NCBI GenBank assembly: GCA_045118995.1
Contig: JBGVCR010000003.1
Location: 48,290-112,289 of the forward strand
DNA from: Candidatus Cryptobacteroides sp.
GTDB lineage: Bacteria; Bacteroidota; Bacteroidia; Bacteroidales; UBA932
Reading direction: 5' to 3'
Length of the DNA stretch: 64,000 nucleotides
Shown here: positions 38,430-48,758 of the stretch, piece after piece
Layout: each line of letters starts with the position of its first letter
Numbering within the stretch: the stretch's first letter is position 1
Made by a program: the position numbers and the translations under genes
The notes under the pieces: model-generated
Seen by the model: only the letters and a program-made list of their open reading frames with translations
Database searches by the model: none
What the model was told of the DNA's origin: nothing

Positions 38430-40160
38430 TTACTTCCCTCTACGGAAGAAAAATGATTTCTGTTCTTTCTTTCGTTCGATATCACGTTCTACGAAAACCT
38501 TCTCAAGAGTCTTAGGATCCAGTCCAGTATAGAACATGACTGACGAGGTCGTCATCGGAGTAGGTGTAAAGTCCTGGACCTGATCCATATACAATCCCTG
38601 CAAAGCAGGCTTGCGCGCAAGACGCTGCATCTCACGCATGCCGCAGCCAGGGTGTCCGGATATGAAATATGGCACCAGTTCGCATTTACGTCCGCTGCTT
38701 CTTACGATAGAATCAAATTCAAGGCGAAGTCTCTCGAAGAGTTTGAAAGAAGGCTTTGCCATCAGCTTAAGAACAGAATCCTCCGTATGTTCGGGAGCTA
38801 CTTTCAGACGCCCAGAAGTGTGTTCGAGGATAAGTTCCTTCAGGTAAGGATATGAGGTTTCATCCACGAATCCTTTCTCATCGAGGAAAAGGTCGTATCT
38901 GATACCGCTGCCGATATAGGCATGTCGTATGCCCTTGACTTTGGCAATCCTTTCATATAGCTTCAAGAGTCTCTCATGAGAACGGTCCATATTCTTGCAA
39001 GGACCAGGGAAGAGACAAGACTTTCTTCGACATTTAAGACAGAGCTCAGGATTCTTTCCTAGCATACCGTACATATTGGCAGTCGGAGCTCCGACATCCG
39101 AAATATTGCCAGCGAATCCAGGCAGTCTGTTCAATGCCGCGATTTCCTTCAATATCGACTCCTCGCTTCGCGACTGGATGAATTTTCCCTGATGTGCTGC
39201 AATCGTACAGAAATTGCAACCACCGAAACAGCCTCGATGAGTATTGACAGAGAACTTGATCATCTCGAAAGCAGGTATATGCTTGCCTTTATAACGAGGA
39301 TGCGGCAATTTCGTATACGGAAGATCCCAGAACGAATCCATTTCCTCCTGGGTGGCAGGCGGCCAGGTAGGGTTTATCTGCACATATCCGTTTCCCACTG
39401 GCTCGACAAGTACAGGAGGGTTCTGCATATTGGCATAGGTCTCGACCACGTGGAAGTTCTCTGCAAAAGCCACCTTGTCCTTGCAGCAGCGTTCATAAGA
39501 ATTCAGAATCACGGCATCCTTTGTCCTGCAACGGCCGTCCATATAGAAGCCCAGCTGAGGTATCTTTCTGATATCATTGATATTACGTCCGGCCTCAATA
39601 GCCTTCGTGAATTCTATCATCGTCCTCTCTCCCATACCGTAACACAGCCAGTCCGCACCGCTGTCCACAAGGATCGAAGGCTTCAAGGCATTCTGCCAAT
39701 AGTCATAATGCGTCACTCTTCTGAGAGAAGCCTCGATGCCTCCGATGATGACAGGTATATCAGGATATATATCCTTCAATATCTTGGTATATACGGTCAC
39801 GGCATAATCAGGTCTCTGGCCAGCCTTTCCCTCGGGAGTATAGGCATCATCAGACCTGAGACGCTTGGCCGCCGTATAATGATTGACCATAGAGTCCATG
39901 GCTCCGGCATTAACACCGAAGTACAGACGCGGTGCTCCCAGTTTACGGAAGTCACGAAGATCGTCTCTCCAATTGGGCTGAGGGACCACAGCCACCCTAT
40001 ATCCATACTTCTGTAACCATCTGGCAATCACCGCAGTACCAAAAGACGGATGATCCACAAAAGCATCTCCGGTAAACAGGATCACATCAATATAATCCCA
40101 TCCCAGAGCCTTGACCTCCTTGATCGAGGTCGGAAACATATATGAATTGTTTTCTGTCAT
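38430..40160 (-). CDS. YgiQ/UPF0313-family radical SAM protein
   Basis: GDAFVDHPSFG, GGIEASLRR, RGCFGGCNFC, LKVAPEH and QVQDFTPTP. Confidence 0.93.
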   Translation of the reverse strand: MTENNSYMFPTSIKEVKALGWDYIDVILFTGDAFVDHPSFGTAVIARWLQKYGYRVAVVPQPNWRDDLRDFRKLGAPRLYFGVNAGAMDSMVNHYTAAKRLRSDDAYTPEGKAGQRPDYAVTVYTKILKDIYPDIPVIIGGIEASLRRVTHYDYWQNALKPSILVDSGADWLCYGMGERTMIEFTKAIEAGRNINDIRKIPQLGFYMDGRCRTKDAVILNSYERCCKDKVAFAENFHVVETYANMQNPPVLVEPVGNGYVQINPTWPPATQEEMDSFWDLPYTKLPHPRYKGKHIPAFEMIKFSVNTHRGCFGGCNFCTIAAHQGKFIQSRSEESILKEIAALNRLPGFAGNISDVGAPTANMYGMLGKNPELCLKCRRKSCLFPGPCKNMDRSHERLLKLYERIAKVKGIRHAYIGSGIRYDLFLDEKGFVDETSYPYLKELILEHTSGRLKVAPEHTEDSVLKLMAKPSFKLFERLRLEFDSIVRSSGRKCELVPYFISGHPGCGMREMQRLARKPALQGLYMDQVQDFTPTPMTTSSVMFYTGLDPKTLEKVFVERDIERKKEQKSFFFRRGK

Positions 40161-40214
40161 GATAAGGCAAAATTACATAGAAATCCGTATATTCGCAAAA
40201 ACTGATTCAATACA

Positions 40215-41444
40215 ATGAAGACCGCAATATATACCATTACCTCTCCCCTGCATGACGAGCAGTCTGTAAACCAGGTTTCATCGGCTTTTCTTTCAGAAAT
40301 TGAAAATGCCATGGAAATTGTATTTGATTTCAGGGGAAGCGATTTTTCTGCTTACGGAACTGATGCATTGGATATAATCTTTGTCAGGACAGGAGGTACA
40401 GAGGGTATCTTCAAGGAACTGCTTCCACATCTGAACGGAAGAATTCTGCTGCTGACTTCAGGAAAGAGCAATTCATTGGCCGCATCTCTGGAAATTCTTT
40501 CATACCTCAGGCAGCAAGGTCGAAGTGGAGAAGTAATACACGGAAGCATATCATATATTGCTGCAAGAATCGGGACTTTAGCAAAAGTAGAAGAAGCCAG
40601 GAGTACATTGGACGGATGCAGACTGGGAAGCATCGGAGAGCCATCCGACTGGCTTATTTCAAGTAACGTTCAGAGGGAGTCCGTTAAAGAGAAACTTGGA
40701 ATCGAAATAGTGGATATTCCAATTGAGGAACTTATAGAAAGCGTATCATCGGGCAAGGAATTCGAGATATCCGACCAGATCAGCAGACTGAGAGACAACA
40801 TATTGGCGCAAGCTCCGGACCCAATACGCCAATACGCGGAAGGGGCCATCCGCATTTACGCCGCATTGAAGGATATTGTCATGAAATATAGCCTCTCAGG
40901 CTTTACCCTCAGATGCTTCGACCTTCTGAAGCCTCTCGGGAATACCGGATGCCTTGCGTTGGCCCTGCTGAATGCCGAGGGCATTCCGGCCGGATGCGAA
41001 GGGGATATGCCGGCCCTTCTGACAATGGCAGTAGGAAATGCACTTACGGGACAATGCGGCTTCCAGGCTAATCCGTCCCAAATCGACCCTCAGACCGGCG
41101 AAATCCTGCTGGCCCATTGTACCGTCCCGATGAATATGATCGGCAAATACTCCTTCAACACTCATTTCGAGTCAGGCATAGGAATCGCACTTCACGGAGA
41201 ACTGCCTGTCGGCAAATGCACCATTTTCAAGCTTTCAGGGGACCTGTCCCGCTCATTCTGCTGCAAGGCGGAAATCCTTCGCAACCAATATGAAAAAAAT
41301 CTGTGCCGCACACAGATTATCCTGAAACCGGAAAATCATAAATGCGCCACAGATTATTTCTTGAACAATCCTATTGGAAATCACCATATCGTTTTCAATG
41401 GTGACCATAAGGAATTATTTGAATCCTTCTGCAAGTCACTTTAG
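40215..41444 (+). CDS. L-fucose/L-arabinose isomerase-like protein
   Basis: TGGTE, NSLAASLE, RCFDL, GCEGD, AHCTVP, THFES and GNHH motifs. Confidence 0.6.
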   Translation: MKTAIYTITSPLHDEQSVNQVSSAFLSEIENAMEIVFDFRGSDFSAYGTDALDIIFVRTGGTEGIFKELLPHLNGRILLLTSGKSNSLAASLEILSYLRQQGRSGEVIHGSISYIAARIGTLAKVEEARSTLDGCRLGSIGEPSDWLISSNVQRESVKEKLGIEIVDIPIEELIESVSSGKEFEISDQISRLRDNILAQAPDPIRQYAEGAIRIYAALKDIVMKYSLSGFTLRCFDLLKPLGNTGCLALALLNAEGIPAGCEGDMPALLTMAVGNALTGQCGFQANPSQIDPQTGEILLAHCTVPMNMIGKYSFNTHFESGIGIALHGELPVGKCTIFKLSGDLSRSFCCKAEILRNQYEKNLCRTQIILKPENHKCATDYFLNNPIGNHHIVFNGDHKELFESFCKSL

Positions 41445-42016
41445 TAGTTCTCCTTCATTGGCTCGAAATAAGCCTGAGGGAAGAGACAGGCCGGGCAGGT
41501 CTTCGGAGCTGCTTCAGCCTCTACGATATATCCGCAGTTACGGCACTGCCACCAGATCTTACCGTCACGCTTGAAGAAATCGCCGTCAGAAATGCGGCTT
41601 AAAAGCTTCAGGTAGCGACGCTCGTGCTCAGCCTCCACCTTGGCTACTGCCTTGAATGTAGCTGCTATTGCAGGAAAACCTTCCTCAGCTGCCACTTCTG
41701 CAAACTCCTTATAAAGAACATCCCATTCCTCATTCTCGCCCATTGCTGCAGCAAGAAGATTCTCACTTGTGGTGCCGATCTTTCCTGCTGGATAAGTCGC
41801 AGTGATCTCAAGATCACCACCCTCAAGGAAGTTGAAGAAACGCTTTGCGTGCTCTCTCTCCTGCTCTGCTGTCTCCATAAACACTCCTGCGATCTGCTCA
41901 TATCCTTCCTTTCTCGCTACTTCTGCAAAGAATGTATATCTGCTTCTTGCTTGGCTCTCTCCAGCGAATGACTTAAGGAGATTCTGCTCAGTTCTTGTGC
42001 CTTTTACGCTTTTCAT
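41441..42016 (-). CDS. rbr: Rubrerythrin
   Basis: FAGESQA, EREHAK and EAEHE diiron ligands; CRNC...CPAC rubredoxin domain. Confidence 0.96.
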   Translation of the reverse strand: MKSVKGTRTEQNLLKSFAGESQARSRYTFFAEVARKEGYEQIAGVFMETAEQEREHAKRFFNFLEGGDLEITATYPAGKIGTTSENLLAAAMGENEEWDVLYKEFAEVAAEEGFPAIAATFKAVAKVEAEHERRYLKLLSRISDGDFFKRDGKIWWQCRNCGYIVEAEAAPKTCPACLFPQAYFEPMKENY

Positions 42017-42041
42017 ATTCAGTTCAATTTATCAGTTCAAC

Positions 42042-42218
42042 TTATTCTGCCGGTGTCCATTTGCATCTTACAGGAGAAACAATCGCTCCTTCCTTCTTAA
42101 GTTCTGCAAACACCTTATCCACCACCTTTCTGTCAAGTCCTGACAATGTAGCTACTTCACCGGCTGCTACAGGCTTTCCGGCCTCCTTCATAGTTTTGAG
42201 TACAAGTTCTTTTTCCAT
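42042..42218 (-). CDS. 58-aa winged-helix protein (below the ORF-track cutoff)
   Basis: Manual translation MEKELVLKTMKEAGKPVAAGEVATLSGLDRKVVDKVFAELKKEGAIVSPVRCKWTPAE*; -7 box at 42250-42257; 25 bp upstream of rbr. Confidence 0.85.
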   Translation of the reverse strand: MEKELVLKTMKEAGKPVAAGEVATLSGLDRKVVDKVFAELKKEGAIVSPVRCKWTPAE

Positions 42219-42311
42219 ATCTTTTGTGTTTTAATTTCGTTTGACAATGCAAATATAGAAACATTTTTCTAATTTTGAAATATTCCAATTTAAAAATTTG
42301 CAATTTTCTTT

Positions 42312-42355
42312 AAAAAATATGGTCAGAGCAAGCATATTGCCTGTTCTGACCATAT
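42312..42355 (-). terminator. Intrinsic terminator after argS
   Basis: ATATGGTCAGAGCA / TGTTCTGACCATAT stem with an A-run on its left. Confidence 0.75.
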
Positions 42356-42377
42356 CGATATTGTTTAAAATGCGGAA

Positions 42378-44168
42378 TTACATTCTTTCAGGAAGATTGA
42401 TTCCAAGGATTGACATTGCCTTGCTGAGGACCTTGGCAATAGTCTCTACAAGTACAAGACGGTACTGGAGAAGACCCTGATTTTCTTCGCGAAGGATAGG
42501 TGTGTCGTGATAGTACTGGTTGAACTCCTTAGCCAGCTCATATGCATAGTTTGCGATAACCGCAGGAGAATGAGCTGCACCAGCCTCTGCCACCTTCGCA
42601 GGGAATGTATTGAGTATCTTGATGATACGTACTTCCTTTGGAGTCAGTTCGGATTCTGGCTTGACTGCTTCGGCTGTATGAGCCACACCCTTTTCATCTG
42701 CCTTGCGGAGGATTGACTTGATACGGGCATGAGTGTACTGGATGAAAGGACCTGTATTTCCGTTGAAATCGATTGACTCCTTAGGGTCGAAGAGCATGGT
42801 CTTGCGAGGATCCACCTTCAGGATGAAGTACTTGAGTGCGCCGAGGCTGATCATCTTGAAGAGAGCGTCCTGTTCATCAGCTGAGAGATTGTCGATCTTT
42901 CCAAGCTCAAGGGATGTCTCTTTAGCTGTATTGTACATGTCAGCGATCAGATCATCCGCATCCACTACTGTTCCTTCGCGCGACTTCATCTTTCCTTCAG
43001 GAAGCTCCACCATACCATATGAAAGGTGGTAGATACTCTCTGCCCAATCGAAGCCAAGCTTGCCAAGGATGAGCTTAAGCACCTGGAAATGATAGTTCTG
43101 CTCGTTACCAACAACATAGATATGCTCGTCAAGACTGTATTCTGCGAAACGCTGCTCTGCTGTACCGAGGTCCTGAGTCATATAAACGGATGTTCCGTCA
43201 CCACGCAGAAGAAGCTTTCTGTCAAGTCCGTCAGCAGTAAGGTCACACCATACCGATCCATCCTCCTGCTTCTCGAATATCCCTGCCTCAAGTCCCTTCT
43301 GAACGAGTGCCTTTCCGAAAAGATAGGTCTGTGACTCGTAATAAGTTCTGTCGAAATCGATTCCAAGATCGTTATAGGTCTTGTCAAAGCCTTCGTAAAC
43401 CCAGCCGTTCATTGTCTTCCAGAGCTCCACGACCTCAGCGTCACCGTTCTCCCACTTGAAGAGCATTTCCTGAGCAGCCTTGAGGGAAGGTGCATTCTTC
43501 TCTGCATCCTCCTTGGACATACCGCCTGCAACAAGCTCATCCACCTCCTTCTTATAAAGGTTGTTGAATGCCACATAATAGTCACCTACAAGGTGGTCAC
43601 CTTTCTTGCCGCTTGACTGCGGTGTCTCACCGTTGCCGAGAACCTTCCACGCATACATTGACTTGCAGATGTGGATACCACGGTCATTTACAAGATTGAC
43701 CTTCATCACATTATGTCCGCACACCTGAAGAAGCTTCGCAACTGACCATCCGAGAAGATTGTTACGGATGTGTCCAAGGTGTAGAGGCTTGTTGGTATTT
43801 GGAGAAGAGTATTCTACCATGATTGTCCTTCCGGTAGGAGGGAGCTGACCGAAATCCTCGGCTGAAGCAATCTCAGCGAAGACATTGTTCCAATATACCT
43901 CAGAGAAAGAGATATTGAGGAAGCCCTTCACGGTATTATAAGCCGAAATCTCGGCAATATTAGCCTTGAGCCACTCTCCGATGGCATTTCCTGTATTCTC
44001 AGGAGTGGTCTTCGACATTTTCAAAAGAGGGAAAACGACCAATGTATAGTCACCCTCGAATTCCTTGCGTGTAACCTGCACCTGGAGCTGAGCCTCAGGC
44101 ACTTCAACGCCGTAAAGCGCCTGAATTGCTTCAGACGCTTTAGCTATGATGAATTTTTCTGGAGTCAT
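42378..44168 (-). CDS. argS: Arginyl-tRNA synthetase
   Basis: VEYSSPNTNKPLHLGH, KMKSREG, GNTGPFIQY, terminal PERM. Confidence 0.97.
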   Translation of the reverse strand: MTPEKFIIAKASEAIQALYGVEVPEAQLQVQVTRKEFEGDYTLVVFPLLKMSKTTPENTGNAIGEWLKANIAEISAYNTVKGFLNISFSEVYWNNVFAEIASAEDFGQLPPTGRTIMVEYSSPNTNKPLHLGHIRNNLLGWSVAKLLQVCGHNVMKVNLVNDRGIHICKSMYAWKVLGNGETPQSSGKKGDHLVGDYYVAFNNLYKKEVDELVAGGMSKEDAEKNAPSLKAAQEMLFKWENGDAEVVELWKTMNGWVYEGFDKTYNDLGIDFDRTYYESQTYLFGKALVQKGLEAGIFEKQEDGSVWCDLTADGLDRKLLLRGDGTSVYMTQDLGTAEQRFAEYSLDEHIYVVGNEQNYHFQVLKLILGKLGFDWAESIYHLSYGMVELPEGKMKSREGTVVDADDLIADMYNTAKETSLELGKIDNLSADEQDALFKMISLGALKYFILKVDPRKTMLFDPKESIDFNGNTGPFIQYTHARIKSILRKADEKGVAHTAEAVKPESELTPKEVRIIKILNTFPAKVAEAGAAHSPAVIANYAYELAKEFNQYYHDTPILREENQGLLQYRLVLVETIAKVLSKAMSILGINLPERM

Positions 44169-45028
44169 TATCCTAAATAGCTTTTCAAAAGTTTGCTTCT
44201 TGAATTGTTCTTGAGTTTGCGGATCGCCTTTTCCTTGATCTGTCGTACGCGCTCTCTTGTGAGCCCAAAACGCTCACCGATCTCCTCGAGAGTCATCTCC
44301 TGACATCCGATACCGAAGAATGACTTGATGATCTCTCTTTCACGGGTAGCAAGAGTAGAGAGTGCTCTCTCGATTTCCTTGTTGAGTGATTCGTTTACAA
44401 GACCACGGTCTGCGCTTGGCGAGTCGTTGTTCACGAGAACGTCCAGCAGGCTGTTATCCTCTCCCTCCACAAAAGGAGCGTCCACCGATACATGACGGCC
44501 GGAAACTCGGAGCGTGTCTGCAATCTTATCCTTCGGAACATCGATCATCTCGGAAAGCTCTTCGCTTGAAGGCATTCTCTCGTTCTCCTGTTCGAACTTT
44601 GACAGAGCCTTGTTGATCTTATTGAGCGAACCTACCTGGTTAAGAGGAAGTCGCACGATTCTGGACTGCTCTGCAAGGGCCTGGAGAATAGACTGACGGA
44701 TCCACCATACCGCATATGAAATGAATTTGAATCCTCGTGTCTCATCGAACTTCTCGGCTGCCTTGATAAGTCCGAGGTTACCCTCGTTGATAAGGTCCGG
44801 AAGGCTGAGACCCTGATTCTGGTACTGCTTCGCAACAGAGACCACGAATCGTAGATTTGCCCTTGTGAGTTTCTCGAGCGCCTGCTGGTCTCCTTTACGG
44901 ATCCTCTGGGCGAGCTCCACCTCTTCTTCCACCGTGATAAGTTCTTCCCTACCGATCTCCTGGAGATACTTGTCAAGCGACGCACTCTCACGGTTTGTAA
45001 TTGATTTTGTAATCTTTAGCTGTCTCAT
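44168..45028 (-). CDS. rpoD: Primary sigma-70 factor (short Bacteroidota type lacking region 1.1)
   Basis: [47 protein letters not shown]. Confidence 0.96.
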   Translation of the reverse strand: MRQLKITKSITNRESASLDKYLQEIGREELITVEEEVELAQRIRKGDQQALEKLTRANLRFVVSVAKQYQNQGLSLPDLINEGNLGLIKAAEKFDETRGFKFISYAVWWIRQSILQALAEQSRIVRLPLNQVGSLNKINKALSKFEQENERMPSSEELSEMIDVPKDKIADTLRVSGRHVSVDAPFVEGEDNSLLDVLVNNDSPSADRGLVNESLNKEIERALSTLATREREIIKSFFGIGCQEMTLEEIGERFGLTRERVRQIKEKAIRKLKNNSRSKLLKSYLG

Positions 45029-45056
45029 TAACTATATTTTAAGTTTATTTCTTCCT

Positions 45057-46487
45057 CTATACGCCGAAGCCGAAATAACCTGTTCTTCCTGAAGGTGTAA
45101 TACCTTCGATAAATACTGTCCTCTTCGACTTCTTCACTATATCTATCACATCCTGAGGAGTCTTCACCGGATGGTCGTTCACATACTGGATTATGAATCC
45201 TTCCACTGCTCCTGCCTCCATCAGCTTTCCTGGTCCCAGCTCCACGATCTCCACTCCGCTCTTCAGATGATATTTCTGGAGAGTCTCCTCGGAAGCAGCC
45301 TTTATCGACGATCCGTAGAATGCTACAGAACCATCGTCAGCCACCGTACCGTTTTCCTGGGCGGTTCCTTTGAAGGTCACGTCAAACTTCTTCTCCTTTC
45401 CATCGCGGATGACTGTAAGCACAGCCATATCTCCTGGCGAGTATCGGCTCACTGTCTCATGAACGGATGCAGTGCCTGTGATATTTGTCGAATCGATAGC
45501 GATAAGAACATCACCGGCCTTGATTCCGGCCTTGTCAGCGGCACTGCTTGGCGAAACCTCGCTAATATATACGCCGTTTCTTGAAGAAAGTTTCAAATCC
45601 TCAGCAATTTTATCTGTAATCGGACCCATTGATATGCCAAGTACCGCTCTCTGAACACTTCCGAAGTCCATCAGATCGTAAGCGATCTTCTTCACAATAT
45701 TGACAGGAACTGCGAAAGAGTAGCCCGAATAGGATCCTGTGCGGGAATAAATAGCTGTATTGATACCTACCAGATTTCCGGCCCTGTCCACAAGTGCGCC
45801 GCCACTGTTTCCGGGATTTACCGCAGCATCGGTCTGGATGAATGATTCGATCTTGTATTCTCCTGAATAATTCGGCATCGAACGTCCTTTGGCACTAACG
45901 ATTCCGGCAGTGATGGTAGAACGAAGATCGTAAGGAGAGCCGATGGCGATAACCCACTCTCCAAGACGAAGTTTATCAGAATCGCCGAATGGTATTATAG
46001 GAAGACCAGTTGCATCTATCTTAAGAAGGGCGACATCAGTGGCAGGATCTGTTCCTACCAGAGTGGCAGGATAGGTAACATTGTTATTAAGTGTAACTTC
46101 GATCTTGTCTGCACCGTCGATCACGTGATTGTTTGTAACTATATATCCGTCCTCACGAATTATCACTCCCGATCCGCTGCCGACCTTCTCGCGCTGCTGA
46201 GGGCCGCTCTGCGGAAAGCCGAAGAAATAATCAAAGATAGAGCTGGGAGCCTGCGACTGGACCTGAGTCGCTGTAGTCTTTACATACACGACGGCATCCA
46301 CGGCAGATTCAGCGGCATATGTGAAATCAGGCCAGTTCTCATGTGACAGATTTACAGTACGGAACTGCGCCCCATCTGTCATTTGGACAGTCTGCGTCTG
46401 ATCAGGAGAGATTGACTTTACAACAGTAAAAGCCGTAAGCCCTCCGACTGCTGCGGAGAGCAAAACCATCAAAACACTTTTATTCAT
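45057..46487 (-). CDS. HtrA/DegP-family serine protease with PDZ domains
   Basis: TNNHV, TDVA, QTDAAVNPGNSGGAL. Confidence 0.95.
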   Translation of the reverse strand: MNKSVLMVLLSAAVGGLTAFTVVKSISPDQTQTVQMTDGAQFRTVNLSHENWPDFTYAAESAVDAVVYVKTTATQVQSQAPSSIFDYFFGFPQSGPQQREKVGSGSGVIIREDGYIVTNNHVIDGADKIEVTLNNNVTYPATLVGTDPATDVALLKIDATGLPIIPFGDSDKLRLGEWVIAIGSPYDLRSTITAGIVSAKGRSMPNYSGEYKIESFIQTDAAVNPGNSGGALVDRAGNLVGINTAIYSRTGSYSGYSFAVPVNIVKKIAYDLMDFGSVQRAVLGISMGPITDKIAEDLKLSSRNGVYISEVSPSSAADKAGIKAGDVLIAIDSTNITGTASVHETVSRYSPGDMAVLTVIRDGKEKKFDVTFKGTAQENGTVADDGSVAFYGSSIKAASEETLQKYHLKSGVEIVELGPGKLMEAGAVEGFIIQYVNDHPVKTPQDVIDIVKKSKRTVFIEGITPSGRTGYFGFGV

Positions 46488-46705
46488 ATTTTAAATCCAA
46501 TTAATTGATTCAACTTCAACAACACTTCTTATTAAGTTTCAATCATTTTGCGCGATTTTTGCTGACAGTTGTGCTGCATTTGCAAAAACAGAGGCGAAAA
46601 AATCAAAAAATATGCCAATGCCTCAGAATTTTTTCACTATATTTGTTGACTAATATGCCGTATTATACACGGGCAGAATTGAAAATAATATTAACACTAT
46701 AAATT

Positions 46706-47830
46706 ATGAAACTTATAATTTCAAGTTCAGAGCTGCTAAGAGGAGTAATGGCTGTAGCAAAGGCTATCCCTGCAAAGTCACCGCTCCCTATTCTTGAGAA
46801 TTTCCTTTTCGACCTCAAGGGAAACACCCTGGAGATCACAGCATCAGACGCAGAGCTTACCCTCAGGACTCAGATCGAGGTGGAAAGCACAGCGGAAGAA
46901 GGCAGAATTGCCGTACCTGCAAAGCATATGATGGACCTTCTCAAGGAACTTCCTGACCAGCCGCTGACCATCAGCACCACAAGCGACAGTTCGTTCCTTT
47001 GCAGCTGGGCAGGCGGTGAGTCCACACTCCCATATTTCCCTGCCGAGGACTATCCGGAAATCATCGGCGCAGACACTAACAACGCTGTCACTCTCCAGTT
47101 CCCTGCCCAGAGCCTCGTCGAAGGTATCTCAAGCACAATATATGCTACTGCAGACGACGAAATCCGTCCTGCTATGAACGGAATCTTCTTCGACATCGAC
47201 CTTAACTCGACAACTCTCGTCGCATCGGATTCCCACAAGCTTATCTGCTATACCACTGCTGACGTAAACGCTTCAGAAAAGGCATCATTCATACTTCATA
47301 AGAAACCGGCATCGATCCTCAAATCCACTATCGGAAAGGACATCGAGACTGTAGAGATCTCATTCGATGCAAAGACTGCAGAATTCAAATTCGGCACTAC
47401 AACCGTTATCTGCCGTCTGGTGGTAGGAAAATATCCGAAATATCGTGATGTAATTCCGCAGAACAACTCCAACATCCTCAGGATCAACCGTTCTCTGCTC
47501 CTCAACACAGTACGCCGAGTATCGGTATGTTCAAACAAGGCATCGAACCACATAAAATTCGACCTTAAGAGCGGCAGCCTCATGGTATCAGCCCAGGACC
47601 TCGGTTTCTCTATCGCTGCACATGAAACCATGCAGTGCCAGTATGACGGAGAGGATCTGACCATCGGATTCAAGGCACCTTTCATCATCGAGATCCTGTC
47701 GAACATGACCTGCGGCGAACTTGTAATCAAATTCCTTGACAGCAAGCGCGCAGCCCTCATCGTTCCTGCAGAGGAAGAGGCGGAAAGCGAAAAGATCTGC
47801 GGTATCATTATGCCTATTATGATAAGCTAG
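46706..47830 (+). CDS. dnaN: DNA polymerase III beta clamp
   Basis: LPILENFL, RPAMNG, ASDSHKL, GKYPKY, C-terminal IMPI. Confidence 0.97.
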   Translation: MKLIISSSELLRGVMAVAKAIPAKSPLPILENFLFDLKGNTLEITASDAELTLRTQIEVESTAEEGRIAVPAKHMMDLLKELPDQPLTISTTSDSSFLCSWAGGESTLPYFPAEDYPEIIGADTNNAVTLQFPAQSLVEGISSTIYATADDEIRPAMNGIFFDIDLNSTTLVASDSHKLICYTTADVNASEKASFILHKKPASILKSTIGKDIETVEISFDAKTAEFKFGTTTVICRLVVGKYPKYRDVIPQNNSNILRINRSLLLNTVRRVSVCSNKASNHIKFDLKSGSLMVSAQDLGFSIAAHETMQCQYDGEDLTIGFKAPFIIEILSNMTCGELVIKFLDSKRAALIVPAEEEAESEKICGIIMPIMIS

Positions 47831-47832
47831 GT

Positions 47833-48756
47833 ATGGAACTGAATCTCGAAAGACCATTATTGTTTTTTGACATAGAAAGCACAGGGCTCAATATCGCTTC
47901 AGACTCGATCATTGAGCTCTGCTTTGTCAAGATCCACCCAGGCGGCGAGCAGTGGGTAAAGACATGGCGAGTAAGACCATGGGACTATGAAAACCAGTGC
48001 CAGAGGCCGATAAACCCGTCGGCACAGGCCGTGCATGGAATTTCCGCTGAAGATCTGGCAGGAAAACCGACATTCTACCAGATCGCAGATGAAGTAGTGG
48101 ACTGGCTGACAGGATGTGACCTTGCAGGTTTCAACTCAGCAAAATTCGACCTGCCGATGCTCGCAGAGGAAATCGAGCGCGTGCGCAGATACACAGACAA
48201 GCAGCCAGCAATCGACCTGCATTCGATGAAGATGGTGGATGTCCAGAACATCTTCCATGCTATGGAACCCCGCACCCTCAAGGCGGCTTATCTCTTCTAT
48301 TGTGGACTGGAGCTTGAAAACGCTCACGCAGCTGAAGCAGATACACTTGCAACATACGAAGTGCTGAAAGGCCAGCTCGACCGTTACGCAGGCGACCCGA
48401 GAATCGAGAACAACGTCGACAAGCTTGCAAGGTTCTCGACCAAACAGAGGACTGTCGATTATGCAGGCAGACTTATTCTCAATGACAAGGACGAGCCTGT
48501 GATAAGCTTCGGAAAACATAAGGGCAAGACAGCACGTGAAGTATATTTCAGTGAGCCGTCTTATTTCGCATGGATTGACAACGGTGACTTTACATTGGAC
48601 ACCAAGCGTCAGTTTGCAAAGCTAAAAGCTGAGTACGAAGCCGAGAAGAAGGCTGCTGCCGATAAAAAGAAGAGCACTACCTTCGTTCCACGCACCAAAG
48701 GCTACACACCTTTTGAAGAGCTGGGAAGCCTCTTCTCACAGGAAGAAGAACAATAA
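47833..48756 (+). CDS. DEDDh 3'-5' exonuclease (DnaQ-like)
   Basis: FFDIESTG, FNSAKFD and HAAEAD motifs; C-terminal FGKHKG. Confidence 0.92.
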   Translation: MELNLERPLLFFDIESTGLNIASDSIIELCFVKIHPGGEQWVKTWRVRPWDYENQCQRPINPSAQAVHGISAEDLAGKPTFYQIADEVVDWLTGCDLAGFNSAKFDLPMLAEEIERVRRYTDKQPAIDLHSMKMVDVQNIFHAMEPRTLKAAYLFYCGLELENAHAAEADTLATYEVLKGQLDRYAGDPRIENNVDKLARFSTKQRTVDYAGRLILNDKDEPVISFGKHKGKTAREVYFSEPSYFAWIDNGDFTLDTKRQFAKLKAEYEAEKKAAADKKKSTTFVPRTKGYTPFEELGSLFSQEEEQ

Positions 48757-48758
48757 GC

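Noticed and set aside
46663-46671. DnaA box or replication origin upstream of dnaN
   Set aside because: A single imperfect TTATACACG with no box cluster and no dnaA in the window.
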